Positions 51,301 through 60,757 are shown, counted from the stretch's first letter. The stretch: DNA of 64,000 bases from Leucoraja ocellata (GCA_036785375.1 JAWMAR010000015.1:2914001-2978000), one strand, 5' to 3'. Numbers and translations are program-made. The notes: generated by a model from the letters alone, not told the origin.

Positions 51301-54300
51301 AAATACATTTGATATCATAACCGATTAAGTAATAATCTAGGACCTATTAGCCAGGCCATGCAAGTGGGTAAACAAATAACAGAAATGTATATATGTTGGG
51401 AAAATAAGCAAGCATCATCCAGGATGATTGTTCGATTCATTACACAAATTAAGTAAAAAGGACAATCAGTAGAGTAATATTGTTTTATGCACCATACATT
51501 AAAAAATCAAAACTACGGAGGAGTTCGAAACATATTGAGAAAAATGACAGTTTTTCTGAGGCTTAATTATGTGTACCCTATAATCTCAATTACTTCTGGA
51601 AAAGGCAAGCATTGTTCTCTCTCCGAGTACCTATCAAATTTGCAATAAATAATGGGTACTAAAAAAATACAAAGCTTCTGAGGCAATTTAGAGAAGTATA
51701 CATACCTGTATACAAACGTAATAGAAGTACAGAATGCAAATCTCAGAGGGACCTTGAGTCATCAGTCTCCTTAAATTCCAAGCTGGATAAAAAGGGACTC
51801 ACCATAACACTCCATAATTTGATAAGAAAACTCTGACCAAGCANNNNNNNNNNNNNNNNNNNNNNNNNNNNNNNNNNNNNNNNNNNNNNNNNNNNNNNNN
51901 NNNNNNNNNNNNNNNNNNNNNNNNNNNNNNNNNNNNNNNNNNNNNNNNNNNNNNNNNNNNNNNNNNNNNNNNNNNNNNNNNNNNNNNNNNNNNNNNNNNN
52001 NNNNNNNNNNNNNNNNNNNNNNCAACAATGATATGTAAAAATGTTTACAATGGAAACTAAAATGTCTACAACAATCGTTTCTTCCATTTTCATGATCAAT
52101 CTCCATAAGCTAAATATGAGCTTTTTACTTTTGTTCTGTAGTAGATGCTGGGGTCAAAATAAGTTTTAACAGTGTATTAAAATTGGACAACTCAACACGT
52201 GCAATTTTGACATGAATTGTTCAGTAGATTCCCTGTGGTCAACAATGTCACACTAAGAATAGAATTCAAGACAGTGAATGGAAAGAGTGATTTAGAAAGC
52301 AACCTAGCTCGCCACAGCTCTTTTCCAGCTGTCTCTCCCATATAACCATATAACAATTACAGCACGGAAACAGGCCATCTCGGCCCTTCAAGTCCGTGCT
52401 GAACCCTTATTTTCCCCTAGTCCCATCTACCTGCACTCAGACCATAACCCGCCCGCCATTCCTTTCCCATCCATATACCTATCCAATTTATTTTTAAATG
52501 ATAAAATTGAACCTGCCACCACCACATCCACTGGAAACTCATTCCACACAGCTACCACTCTCTGAGTAAAGGAGTTTCCCCTCGTATTACCCCTAAACTT
52601 ATGTCCCTTAATTCTCAAGTCATGTCCTCTTGTTTGAATCTTCCCCTCTAAATGGGAAAAGCTTATCCACGTCAACTCTGTCTATCCCTTCCACAATCCC
52701 CTACCACAATCAGTCTGAAGAAGGGTCCCAACCCGAGATGATGCCGATGCATGTCCTCCAGAGATGCTGCCTGACCCCCTGAGTTACTCCAGCACTGTTC
52801 ATTTTTTCCTCGCAATGATGAATCCACCTTCAAATGTCTAAACAAAGTACTTTCCTTTAAGTGAATGCCCTATAATCGTGGAGAGGAGATATATTCAAAC
52901 AGCACGCCACGAGAATGAAAAATGAGGAAATATGAGAATGGTAATCTTAAGGCTACAGGTTAAAAATCAGATTTTTTTCATTTCATATTCCTGGATTTGG
53001 GTATCAATCCTACGACCAGCAAACTTTGCTCATCCAAAGTTGGCGGTAAGCTCCCTTCTTTGAATTAGCTGGTGAGGGTATGCCAACAATGGGGTGGAAG
53101 TTCCAGAATTTGAACTCAAGGATGACATATAAGCAACTTTTCCAAGTCAGGACACCAATTAGTTTGGTGGCAAACCTTCAGGTGATGGTCATCCCATGCA
53201 CCTGATATCTTTGTCCTTCTTTCTGGTAGAGGTCCCAGGTACGTGATGTTGGAATATCATAGCTGAGTAACTATAGTATATTTTGGTGATCAAAGATACA
53301 GACTTCACAATGGTATCGTCAGTGAATGTCAAAGTAGGTGTTTAATCATCTCCAGCATCCGTTTTTTTACATGAATATTAATTGGCATCCATCAGCCATG
53401 TCTGAGTGTTGTCTAAATCAAGATGCATGCAGACACCGACTGCTCCACTTGCCGAGGTGCTGTGAATAGAATTAAATATTGCACATTCATCAGTGAATGC
53501 CCAACGTTTGTCCTTGTAACAGGAGCTTATTGAAGAAGCAGTTAAATACAAATGGATAAAGAGTCACAAAATGCTGCAGTGACTCAGCGGGACAGGCAGC
53601 ATCTCTGGAGAGAAGGAATGGGTGACGTTTCGGGTTGAGACCCTTCTTCAGTCTGAAGAAAGGTCTCAACCCGAAACTTCACCCATCCAACCTGTCATTT
53701 TCAACTCAGCCTTTCAAGTAGGTTAAGACGGACTGAGCGGTGGTGTTCAGCGAAATCGCCTAGCCTGCGCTTGGTCTCGCCGATGTAGAGAAGTTGACAC
53801 AGCGGATAGAGTAGATGAGGTAGGAGGAGGTGCAAGTGAACCTCTGCCACACCAGGAAAGACTGTTTGGGTCCTTGGATGGAGTCGAGAGGGGAGGTAAA
53901 GGGACAGGTGTTTGTAGTAGATGTCAATCAATAGTCTGTTTCCTGTGATGGAGATGGTGAGATCTAGAAACAGTAGGGAGATGTCGGAGTGAATTTGAGT
54001 GCAGGATGGAAAATAGTGGTGAAGTTGATGAAGTAAGTGAGTTCTGCATGGGTGCAGGAGGTAGCACCAATACAGTCATCAATGTAGCGGAGGTAGAGTT
54101 CAGGGATAGGGCCAGTGTACGCCTGGAACAGGGATTGTTCGATGTACCCTACAAAGAAGCAGGCATAGCTAGGGCCCATGCGAGTGCCCATAGCTACGCC
54201 TTGGATGGAAAGACTGCAAAAGGTTGTAAACACTGCCCAGTCCATCACCAGCTCTGACCTCCACACCATTGAGAGGATCTATCAAAGTCACTGCCTCAAA

Positions 54301-56270
54301 AAGGCTGCCAGCATCATCAAGGATCGACACCATCCTGGCCACTCACTCATCTCTCCGCTGCCTTCAGGTAGAAGGTACAGGAGCCTGAAATCTGCAACAT
54401 CCAGGTTCAGGAATAGCTGCTTCCCCACAACCATCAGACTATTAAACTCAACTCAAACAAAACTCTGACCATTAATCTGACCCATTCCCAATCTGACCTT
54501 TCTGTCCTGGACCTCCTCCATTGTCAGAGTGAGGCCCAGTGCAAATTGGAGGAACAGCACCTCATATTTCACTTGGGTAGTTTACACCCCAGCGATATGA
54601 ACATTGACCTCTCTAACTTCAGATTGGCCTTGCTTTCTCTCTCCATCCCCTCTCCCCTCCCAGTTCTCCCACTAGCCTTACTGTCTCCAACTACATTCTA
54701 TCTTTGTCCCGCTCCCTCCCATGACATCAGTCTGAAGAAGGGTCTCAACCTGAAACATCACCCATTCATTCTCTCCGGAGATGGTGTCTGTCCCGCTGAG
54801 TTACTCCAGCATTTTCTGTCTACCTTTGATTGAATCAGCATCTGCTGTTCTTTGTTACACATGGATAAAGAGTCATATCGTTACTGAGGACTTATCAATC
54901 GATCTGGCTCAATTGTCCTCTGGCAGTCTCGGAGATCATTGGGGTTAAATAAACAAGTTAAGTTCCTTCAAAAAGTGATTGGATATTGCATGTGCAACAG
55001 CATAAACATGTGAACAGGTTTGTGGAAAGGAATGTACCATGAATAGGAAAAGTTTAGAGGGAGGTGGGCCAAAGGCAAATGGGACTAGATTGGGCACCTT
55101 GGTCAGCATGGACATGTTGTGCAGAGGTGCCCATTTCCGTGATGGATGACTATGTTTACTTTTTAAAGTCAAATATATGGTTTTGCGCATCAGATACCAG
55201 ACTTCAAAGTAACTTTAAAAATATACAATATGTCACTAATTTATGATTCTAGAAATAATTAAAATCTTGTTAGACTAATTACATTTGTTAGAAGTTATTA
55301 TAAAAAGGAGCGGCACAAGAAATGAAATTGTATAGACGGAAGGTGTAATTAGAAAGGAAAAAAATTGCTCAATTTGACTGAGAGAAATAAATTGAACTTA
55401 AGCATATCAACTTTGGAACGTTACCTTTTCTCGCTGAAGAGCCAAATACTTGACTTTATCATCTGCTGGCTTGGCTTCTTTGTCATCAGGTCGCTCGTCA
55501 TCTTTCATTGTGCTTTCACTCTTCAGCTTTTTTTTCTTGATTTCAGCAGCGTCTTTAATTTCAGGCCGCACCTTGGGAACAAAACCACCAAAGCAAGTAT
55601 CCACGAATGCTTGAACACTATTTGTTGGGTATGAGAGCAAGCTAGCAAAACTCTTCTTTGCAGATGCAGTTGATGAAGGCACATCAGCTGCAGCAGTGTG
55701 TTCATTGCCAATATTTAAACCATCGATTTCTTTATCATCTACTTCGTTCATTTTTGATTTAGAAGTTGCTGTCCATATGGGATTCTTCTTGGACCAACCT
55801 TTTTGGTCAAACAATGATAATTTATTCTCTTTTGCTGTATCTATTTGCTCCCCACTTCCAAAATAACTGTTGATATGATTTGCCACATAATTGTACGTTT
55901 CACCAAAATTTGTCGTGATGCAGCTGACATGGAAGAGATTTGATTTTTCATCTTTCTCTCTATTAATTGCACTATTACCAGATAATTTCTTGTTAGAATT
56001 GTCTTCAAGTTCTGAGCCAACAGGGGTGATGGAAACAGAATGAATGGTATCCTCTGCGGTTTGGTTCAAATCCAAACCATCCTTCACTCTGTTCGACTTA
56101 GTAGTGGTTAGTTTCTCTGAGCTTTCATGTGGCACTGCAATCTCAGTTTCCGAATGTTTCACTGAAATACTTAGAGTGGGCTTCAACCGTACAAGTTTCC
56201 CAATGAGCTCAGTGTGCGTGGTACTGACAGCTTTTGACACAGAGTCTAAAGTGCTCTTAATGCGCGACAT
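18098..56270 (-). CDS. PNPLA8: Calcium-independent phospholipase A2-gamma (patatin-like phospholipase domain-containing 8); spliced CDS join(55425..56270, 50761..50910, 46668..46819, 42756..42850, 35571..35742, 35339..35396, 30154..30348, 22530..22725, 18098..18372), 712 aa
   Basis: Nine exons read by hand with GT-AG sites and consistent phases; total 2139 nt = 713 codons. Motifs [42 protein letters not shown] and terminal SKL match iPLA2-gamma. Confidence 0.96.
22530..22725 (-). CDS. PNPLA8: PNPLA8 coding exon 8 (196 bp), catalytic Asp (DGG)
   Basis: [18 protein letters not shown]...VISLGTGR...SATDTE; cattag| acceptor, G|gttagt donor. Confidence 0.95.
23535..24340 (+). mobile_element. Older CR1 LINE 3' fragment
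   Basis: KVLHLGK...[25 protein letters not shown], degenerate, followed by 3' UTR. Confidence 0.8.
25465..25999 (-). mobile_element. Non-LTR RT fragment, Daphne/L2-group-like
   Basis: YRPISLL...EQAGFR...[11 protein letters not shown]...[19 protein letters not shown]...GYADDLAL, with frameshifts. Confidence 0.75.
26011..26590 (-). mobile_element. Helitron-like non-autonomous element with G-rich low-complexity interior
   Basis: Minus strand ends in hairpin tgggacc-caaca-ggtccca + cttagt + CTAG|T; interior is about 520 bp of degenerate G/GT repeats; other end unresolved. Confidence 0.55.
28150..28856. mobile_element. Inverted pair of HE1-type SINEs (+ about 28150-28415; - about 28555-28856)
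   Basis: SINE core present in both orientations about 140 bp apart. Confidence 0.7.
30154..30348 (-). CDS. PNPLA8: PNPLA8 coding exon 7 (195 bp)
   Basis: [22 protein letters not shown]...[25 protein letters not shown]; tcgcag| acceptor, CAG|gtaagg donor. Confidence 0.95.
31339..31737 (+). mobile_element. HE1-type SINE with nested 89-bp Penelope terminal repeat (31504-31592, minus)
   Basis: SINE resumes after the insert; flanking repeat gtt(a/g)taggtt at 31494-31503 and 31593-31602. Confidence 0.75.
34749..35123 (-). mobile_element. Rex1/Babar-type LINE 3' end, young copy
   Basis: Reverse complement of 8288-8680 with few substitutions; (cagatt)n tail. Confidence 0.85.
35339..35396 (-). CDS. 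PNPLA8: PNPLA8 coding exon 6 (58 bp)
   Basis: [19 protein letters not shown]; ttatag| acceptor, AAG|gtgagt donor; follows a 174-bp intron. Confidence 0.93.
35571..35742 (-). CDS. PNPLA8: PNPLA8 coding exon 5 (172 bp)
   Basis: [57 protein letters not shown](K); ttgcag| acceptor, AA|gtaagt donor. Confidence 0.95.
35858..36140 (-). mobile_element. Probable short non-autonomous RTE-related element
   Basis: GC-richer block ending (minus strand) in a (gat)n-like tail; family call from recall only. Confidence 0.35.
36224..36700 (-). mobile_element. HER1/CR1 LINE fragment
   Basis: [10 protein letters not shown]...[19 protein letters not shown]; homologous to 4596-5322. Confidence 0.85.
38650..38830 (-). 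mobile_element. Ancient Deu-SINE remnant
   Basis: gtggcaaccaatttg...caaacagcaa...atgttagttgaggaataa resembles the reverse complement of the Deu-domain as I recall it. Confidence 0.45.
40263..40322. repeat. 30-bp tandem duplication
   Basis: ttgtcctacgag(t/c)aat(g/a)gtgataaggatat x2. Confidence 0.9.
41754..41767 (-). promoter_or_regulatory. CTCF core motif
   Basis: CCAGCAGAGGGCAC fits consensus CCASYAGRKGGCRS; motif match only. Confidence 0.5.
42224..42460 (-). mobile_element. HE1-type V-SINE
   Basis: Similar to other copies. Confidence 0.72.
42756..42850 (-). CDS. PNPLA8: PNPLA8 coding exon 4 (95 bp), catalytic Ser motif
   Basis: [31 protein letters not shown](G); ttatag| acceptor, G|gtacgt donor. 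Confidence 0.95.
44730..45300 (+). mobile_element. Old CR1 LINE RT fragment
   Basis: FVDYTK...[18 protein letters not shown]...LVRTHLEC, degenerate. Confidence 0.72.
46668..46819 (-). CDS. PNPLA8: PNPLA8 coding exon 3 (152 bp), glycine-rich loop
   Basis: [10 protein letters not shown]...[14 protein letters not shown](R); aaacag| acceptor, AG|gtaatg donor. Confidence 0.95.
47035..47299 (+). mobile_element. HE1-type V-SINE (another, minus-strand, at about 47640-47935)
   Basis: ccagagacccgggtttgatccc head, ggtttgtaggttaattggc core. Confidence 0.78.
48493..48717. mobile_element. Complete PIF/Harbinger-like MITE (225 bp)
   Basis: 82-bp inverted repeats (48493-48574 / 48636-48717, 2 mismatches); TTA on both sides (48490-92, 48718-20). 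Confidence 0.88.
48843..48856 (+). promoter_or_regulatory. CTCF core motif
   Basis: CCACCAGGTGGCAC fits consensus exactly; motif match only. Confidence 0.5.
49414..49565. mobile_element. Fold-back Penelope terminal-repeat insertion
   Basis: Inverted repeat centred on ttcagtctgaa; 15-bp flanking repeat catccaacct(a/g)tcat at 49399-49413 and 49566-49580. Confidence 0.75.
49691..50100. mobile_element. Complete hAT-type MITE (410 bp), CpG-rich
   Basis: 14-bp TIR CAGTGCCGGATTTA / TAAATCCGGCACTG; perfect 8-bp TSD cctgcgct (49683-90, 50101-08); subterminal gggggccc repeats. Confidence 0.92.
50761..50910 (-). CDS. PNPLA8: PNPLA8 coding exon 2 (150 bp)
   Basis: [50 protein letters not shown]; ttttgtctag| acceptor, |gtaaat donor. 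Not in the ORF track. Confidence 0.95.
51844..52022. other. Assembly gap (179 N)
   Basis: Run of N. Confidence 1.
52338..52690 (-). mobile_element. CR1 LINE 3' end
   Basis: [10 protein letters not shown]...[13 protein letters not shown]...LDRYMD. Confidence 0.82.
53567..54860. mobile_element. Composite Penelope insertion: fold-back terminal repeat, inverted RT/GIY-YIG piece (53722-54200, -), Rex1 fragment (about 54205-54470, +), GIY-YIG C-terminus with 3' repeat (54478-54860, +)
   Basis: [13 protein letters not shown]...YLRYIDD (PLE RT), YIGETKRRL (GIY-YIG), [12 protein letters not shown]; 15-bp TSD atggataaagagtca at 53552-53566 and 54861-54875. Confidence 0.85.
55425..56270 (-). CDS. PNPLA8: PNPLA8 coding exon 1 (coding part; the exon probably begins at acceptor 56651)
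   Basis: [15 protein letters not shown]...NHINSYF...LALQREK; donor AAG|gtaac at 55425/55424; upstream acceptor tttttgttttgttcctcag at 56652-56670. Confidence 0.93.
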
Positions 56271-57544
56271 GCAATGCCTGAAGGGTGTTGTTCCCTCTGG
56301 AGGGGAGGTATTTTAATGCAAAATGCAGTGGTACAAAATAAATGTAATTTTTCAAGTAATGTTAATCACCAATATGTTCCAGCTCTCTTCTGATCCATTT
56401 GCAGTGAGCAAGTTGGACGCTTTCTTGGGTCTTATTACTGGACGGTGGACTAGTTAGAAAGTGGTCCAGAATAATAATGTACTTGCAAAGCAATTCTCAT
56501 TGGCAGAATCCTCTAAGGTGACATGTTCATCATAATTTATAAATACAGATGTTTCAAATATCAAACACACAGATGCAGGGGGGCTGCAGTACTTTTCCCG
56601 ACTCCACTTTGATCCTTTGTTCTGCACATCACTTGGTCTCCCTATGCGTTTCTGAGGAACAAAACAAAAACACCCATGGATTTATTTTTTACAAAACAGC
56701 AAGGCTGGCCTCAATAGAATACACAAAAGTGCAAGTTTGCTTTGTTATTGGAAGCTTAAGTTATCAAAAAGAGGATTTAACAAATTCTAGAAGACATAAC
56801 ATTTCAAATATAACCAATCAGTAACAACAGCAAATTATTTAATAGCTAGAAATATTACAAAATACGGTTCCCCCTTCCCAACAGCATTCCCATCTCTAAA
56901 ATTGAAGGGGTCCGGCTAAACACAGAACACTCCTAGTAAATGTTCCTAAACTGTTACACATCGCAAGTGATCCAACAAATTGAGTGATAGCAGGATACCT
57001 GACCGCAATAGATATAACAACCAGCCTGATATCAACCCAAGTACATTCAAAAGATGAAATATAGGATTAGGTACAGCAACATTATCTGACTTAGCTTTGT
57101 CTGACCTGCACATAAAGCAAACCCAATTCTAGTAGTCAACTGTTTAACACAGTAACATATGAATCTTTGCTGAATAACTCACAGGTTACCCGATCGTGCA
57201 TTTAGCCACCAAACCATTGATGAGAAATAGCAGGAAATCTGAATCTATATTTTGGATAATTGTATTACCTGAACATGCTTTGCTATCATAAATTAAAAAA
57301 TCAGTGGCCTGCAAAGGTAAAGTTCAATTGGTCAATAAATGGCAAACACTGACATTTCATGAGATTAGTCTTAAATCTACTTTAATGAAATTGAAACAGG
57401 AGGTCATTTCACAATTAACACAGATTTCCAATGTCTCTGACGTTTACAGAAGGGAAAGAAGTGATTTTTGAATATGAATGAAAAGGTCAGACTGTAGATG
57501 ATTGCAACTATATTATATAATTACAGATTCAGTGAATATTGCAA

Positions 57545-58280
57545 GTGTGTTGGCGCCGTCTGCGATGGCAGCCTCACCAACGGTCTGTCTGTCTTTTCGT
57601 CTTTTTTGTTAATTTTAGTGTGTTTAAAAAAGTATGTGTTAATGTTCTCTGGTTTGTTTTTAATGTGGGGGGTGGGTGGGTCAGGGGAAAACTTTTTTTC
57701 AATCTCTTACCTTGCCGGAGATGAGATTGTTTACCGGATCATATCTCCGGTCGTTCTGCGGCCTAACATCATGGGGCTGGAGGCCTTGCTCGAGACTGAC
57801 TTTGAGCCCCACCGCGGGGCCGCAGATTTACCATCGGAGCCTGCGATCCCTTGCCTGGGATCGACGCTCCAACCGCGGCCTGCATGTTCCAACATCGAGG
57901 AACTTGCCGTCTCGGGTAGAGACCGATGTCGGGAAGCTCCAAAGTCACGTGAGGTTCGACCAGCCCTGACTCGGGGTCCGATCGCCCAGCGGGGGGGGGG
58001 GGGGGGAGCTGAGATCCTCCCGATGCGGTAGCTTGATCGTCCCGACACAGAGGGCCCTACCACCGCCTACGGGAGCCAAATCGTCCCATCCACGAAGGCC
58101 TAGGGGCACCCGACCGCGGGAGAACAGAGAAGGGAAGAGATTTAACTTTTTTTTCGTCTTCCATCACAGTGAGAAATGTGGAGGAGTCACTGGGGTGGAT
58201 GTTTATGTTAAAATGTATTTTGTGTGTTTTGGTGCTTTTTATGGGTATGACTGTATGGCAAATCAAATTCCCTGTATGTT
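57545..58280 (+). mobile_element. CpG-rich non-coding interspersed repeat, probably a non-autonomous LINE-mobilised element
   Basis: Sharp compositional edges, internal short repeats and a LINE-like tail (gactgtatggcaaatcaaattccctgtatgtt); no credible ORF. Confidence 0.5.
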
Positions 58281-59837
58281 GGAAATCCTGCAAATGTTAC
58301 AAATCCAAAATAAAAGCAGAAATTGCTGGAAATTATCAGTAAGTCATAGAGTCATACAGCGTGGAAACAGGCCCATCGTCCCAACTAGCCCTGACCGACC
58401 AACATGTCCCATCTACACTCGCCCCACCTGCCTGTGTTTGGCCCATATCCTTGTAAAACTATCCCATCCATGTACCTGTCTAAATGCTTCTTAAACATTG
58501 CGAAAGTACAAAGTCAGGTAACAAAGAGAGAGAAACAGAGTTAACATGTTGCCAGATCTAGGAATGGATAGAAATTGAACATATTTCAGTTGTAAAGCAA
58601 TGGAATGGGTGGAGATCAAAGGGGTTGTCTGTGATAGAACAGAAATGACACAAAATGCATTTGGTCAGCTGAAACATCGAAATATGGATCAATCTGCCTC
58701 AAATATTGTCAGACTGAACTTCCACTGCTACAGAAATCCCTAACTGCTCAATTAATTTACCTAATAATAATGCTGAACTACATTGAAGTTATAATTTATT
58801 CTGCTAGAACAGCACTTGGCTCATTAAGCTTAATCCTTATCATACAGGGACAGTCAGAAATAAGAAATCTAATTTATACACGTATGCCATTTGATAAGGG
58901 CAGCATTGTGTGGACAACTGCGTCAAAGGCTGCCAGTTGAGTACGCTGCAGAGAATAACAATTCTCGCTTTAATTAAGAATGTTTCGATGCTCTGGATAG
59001 CAAAATTAATTGCAGACAACCAAATAAGATATCAACAGCAAGTGAATGTACAGGGGTCAACACTCTGAATGGTTTAGAAAGGAAATTGGGTATGGGGATG
59101 TAGTTTGCAAGGATTACACAATTTTGCTGTCCACACAGTTCTGCCCTTATCAAATGGTGAAAGCATTTCGGGTTGGGTCGGGTCTGAAGAAGGGTCTCAA
59201 CCCGAAACATCACCCATTCCTTCTCTCCAGAGATGTTGCCTGTCCCCGCTGAGTTACTCTAGCATTTTGTGTCTGCCTTCCAAAGGAGAAAAAGACACAG
59301 TGGAAAAAGTCAGCACAGTGGCGCAGCAGTAGAACTGCTGCCTGTGATCTACTTATGTTTTCCCTTGCACTTTGTTTCAATTATATTTATTTTTTAGAAA
59401 TTAAACAAACAAAAAAGAAAATTGGCAATTATGTGAGAGTGTTTCTTCAAAGTATTGAAAGCCAGTGAGCCACCAAGTATGGTTTATCTTGCTGTAAAAG
59501 AGGTGCATGCAGATTGGAAGGTATTGAAAAATAAACAAGTGGGGATGGGGGGAGTGAAATCAACTGAGTTGTCAATTTTCATTTTCTTTCAATTACTCTT
59601 TGATTCGTGAGAGCGATGGGCACAAACAAAACAATTTGTAGAGCACCCATAACCAATACTAATGAAAGGAATAATAAAAGCAGGAATTAACAAACTGATC
59701 GCTCTTCCTTCACCACCACACTCATTCGCTTTACAGAACACGTTCCTGGACTAAACAAGTTCTCCTTCAACTCCACTCATTTTTTAAAGTCAAAAGTGTG
59801 ACAATGGAGACAGACACTCAACAAACGAGTCCCTTTC

Positions 59838-60757
59838 TCAGATACTAGCAGTGACAGTGACTAGTGGAGTGCCACAAGGCCCAGTGCTGGGACCCTGGTT
59901 ATTTACAATATATATTAACGATTTTGACAACAGCAGTGAGACATGGGCTACATATGCCAGGCAGGAGAGAAGACTCAACACCTTCCACCCGAGAAGCATC
60001 CGCCGTATCCTGGACATATCCTGGCAAGACAGAGAGTCCAACACCTAGATCTTGTCTCGCGCTGGCCTTTCCAGTATGGGCACTCTACTCAGGCAGTGCA
60101 GACTGCGGTGGCTGGGCGTATTCCAAAAGACATCCTATATGGAGAGCTGACATTTGGGAAGAGAACCATCGGCCGCCCCCAGCTACGTTACAAGGATGTC
60201 TGCAAGAGAGATATGAAGATGCTCGACATCAATGTGGAGTCCTGTGAGACCCTTGCAGCTGACCGCACGAGGTGGAGAGGTACCCTGAACCAACATTTTA
60301 AAACAGGGGAAGAGAAACTGTTGAACGCAGCGGCAGACAAGCGGACACGCAGAAAGGAGCGCAGCAACTTCAACAAACCAAAGACCTTTGCCACGGAGAC
60401 TGTCACTCCCGCATTGATATCTTCAGCCAAAAGCGACACTGCTCCAGCCATGGTTTGGAGCAAGCAGCCAACAACTAGGATGCATCACCCATGGTCAGTC
60501 ATGACCGAGGGGGCCTACGACGAGACAAAGGAATTAAATGTAACATCTACAAGTTTGCGAATGACACAAAGCTGGGTGGCAGGGCCAGCTGCGAGGAGAA
60601 TGCTATGAGGCTTAAGGGTGACTAGGATAGATTCAATGAGTGGGCAGATGCATGGCAGATGCAGCATAATGTGGATAAATGTGAGGTTATCCACTTTGGT
60701 GGCAAGAATAAGGCGGCAAATTATTATCTGAATGGTGTCAGATTAGGAAAAGGGGAG
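59838..60757 (+). mobile_element. CR1 RT fragment split by an RTE insertion
   Basis: VTSGVPQGPVLGPWLFTIYINDFD, then resumes GIKCNIYKFANDTKLG...WQMQHNVDKCEVIHFG. Confidence 0.82.
59931..60523 (+). mobile_element. RTE-clade LINE 3' fragment
   Basis: SETWATY...IRRILDISWQD...IPKDILYGEL...GRPQLRYKDVCKRDMK; (cga)n tail; gacaa on both sides (59926-30, 60524-28). Confidence 0.85.

Noticed and set aside
57170-57275. Possible minus-strand splice donors for a non-coding PNPLA8 exon
   Set aside because: Several candidate donors and no way to pair them with an acceptor without transcript data.
57498-58494. CpG-rich block with overlapping ORFs as a possible PNPLA8 promoter or first exon
   Set aside because: Sharp edges and a LINE-like tail point to an interspersed repeat; no convincing minus-strand exon; ORFs are uninformative.
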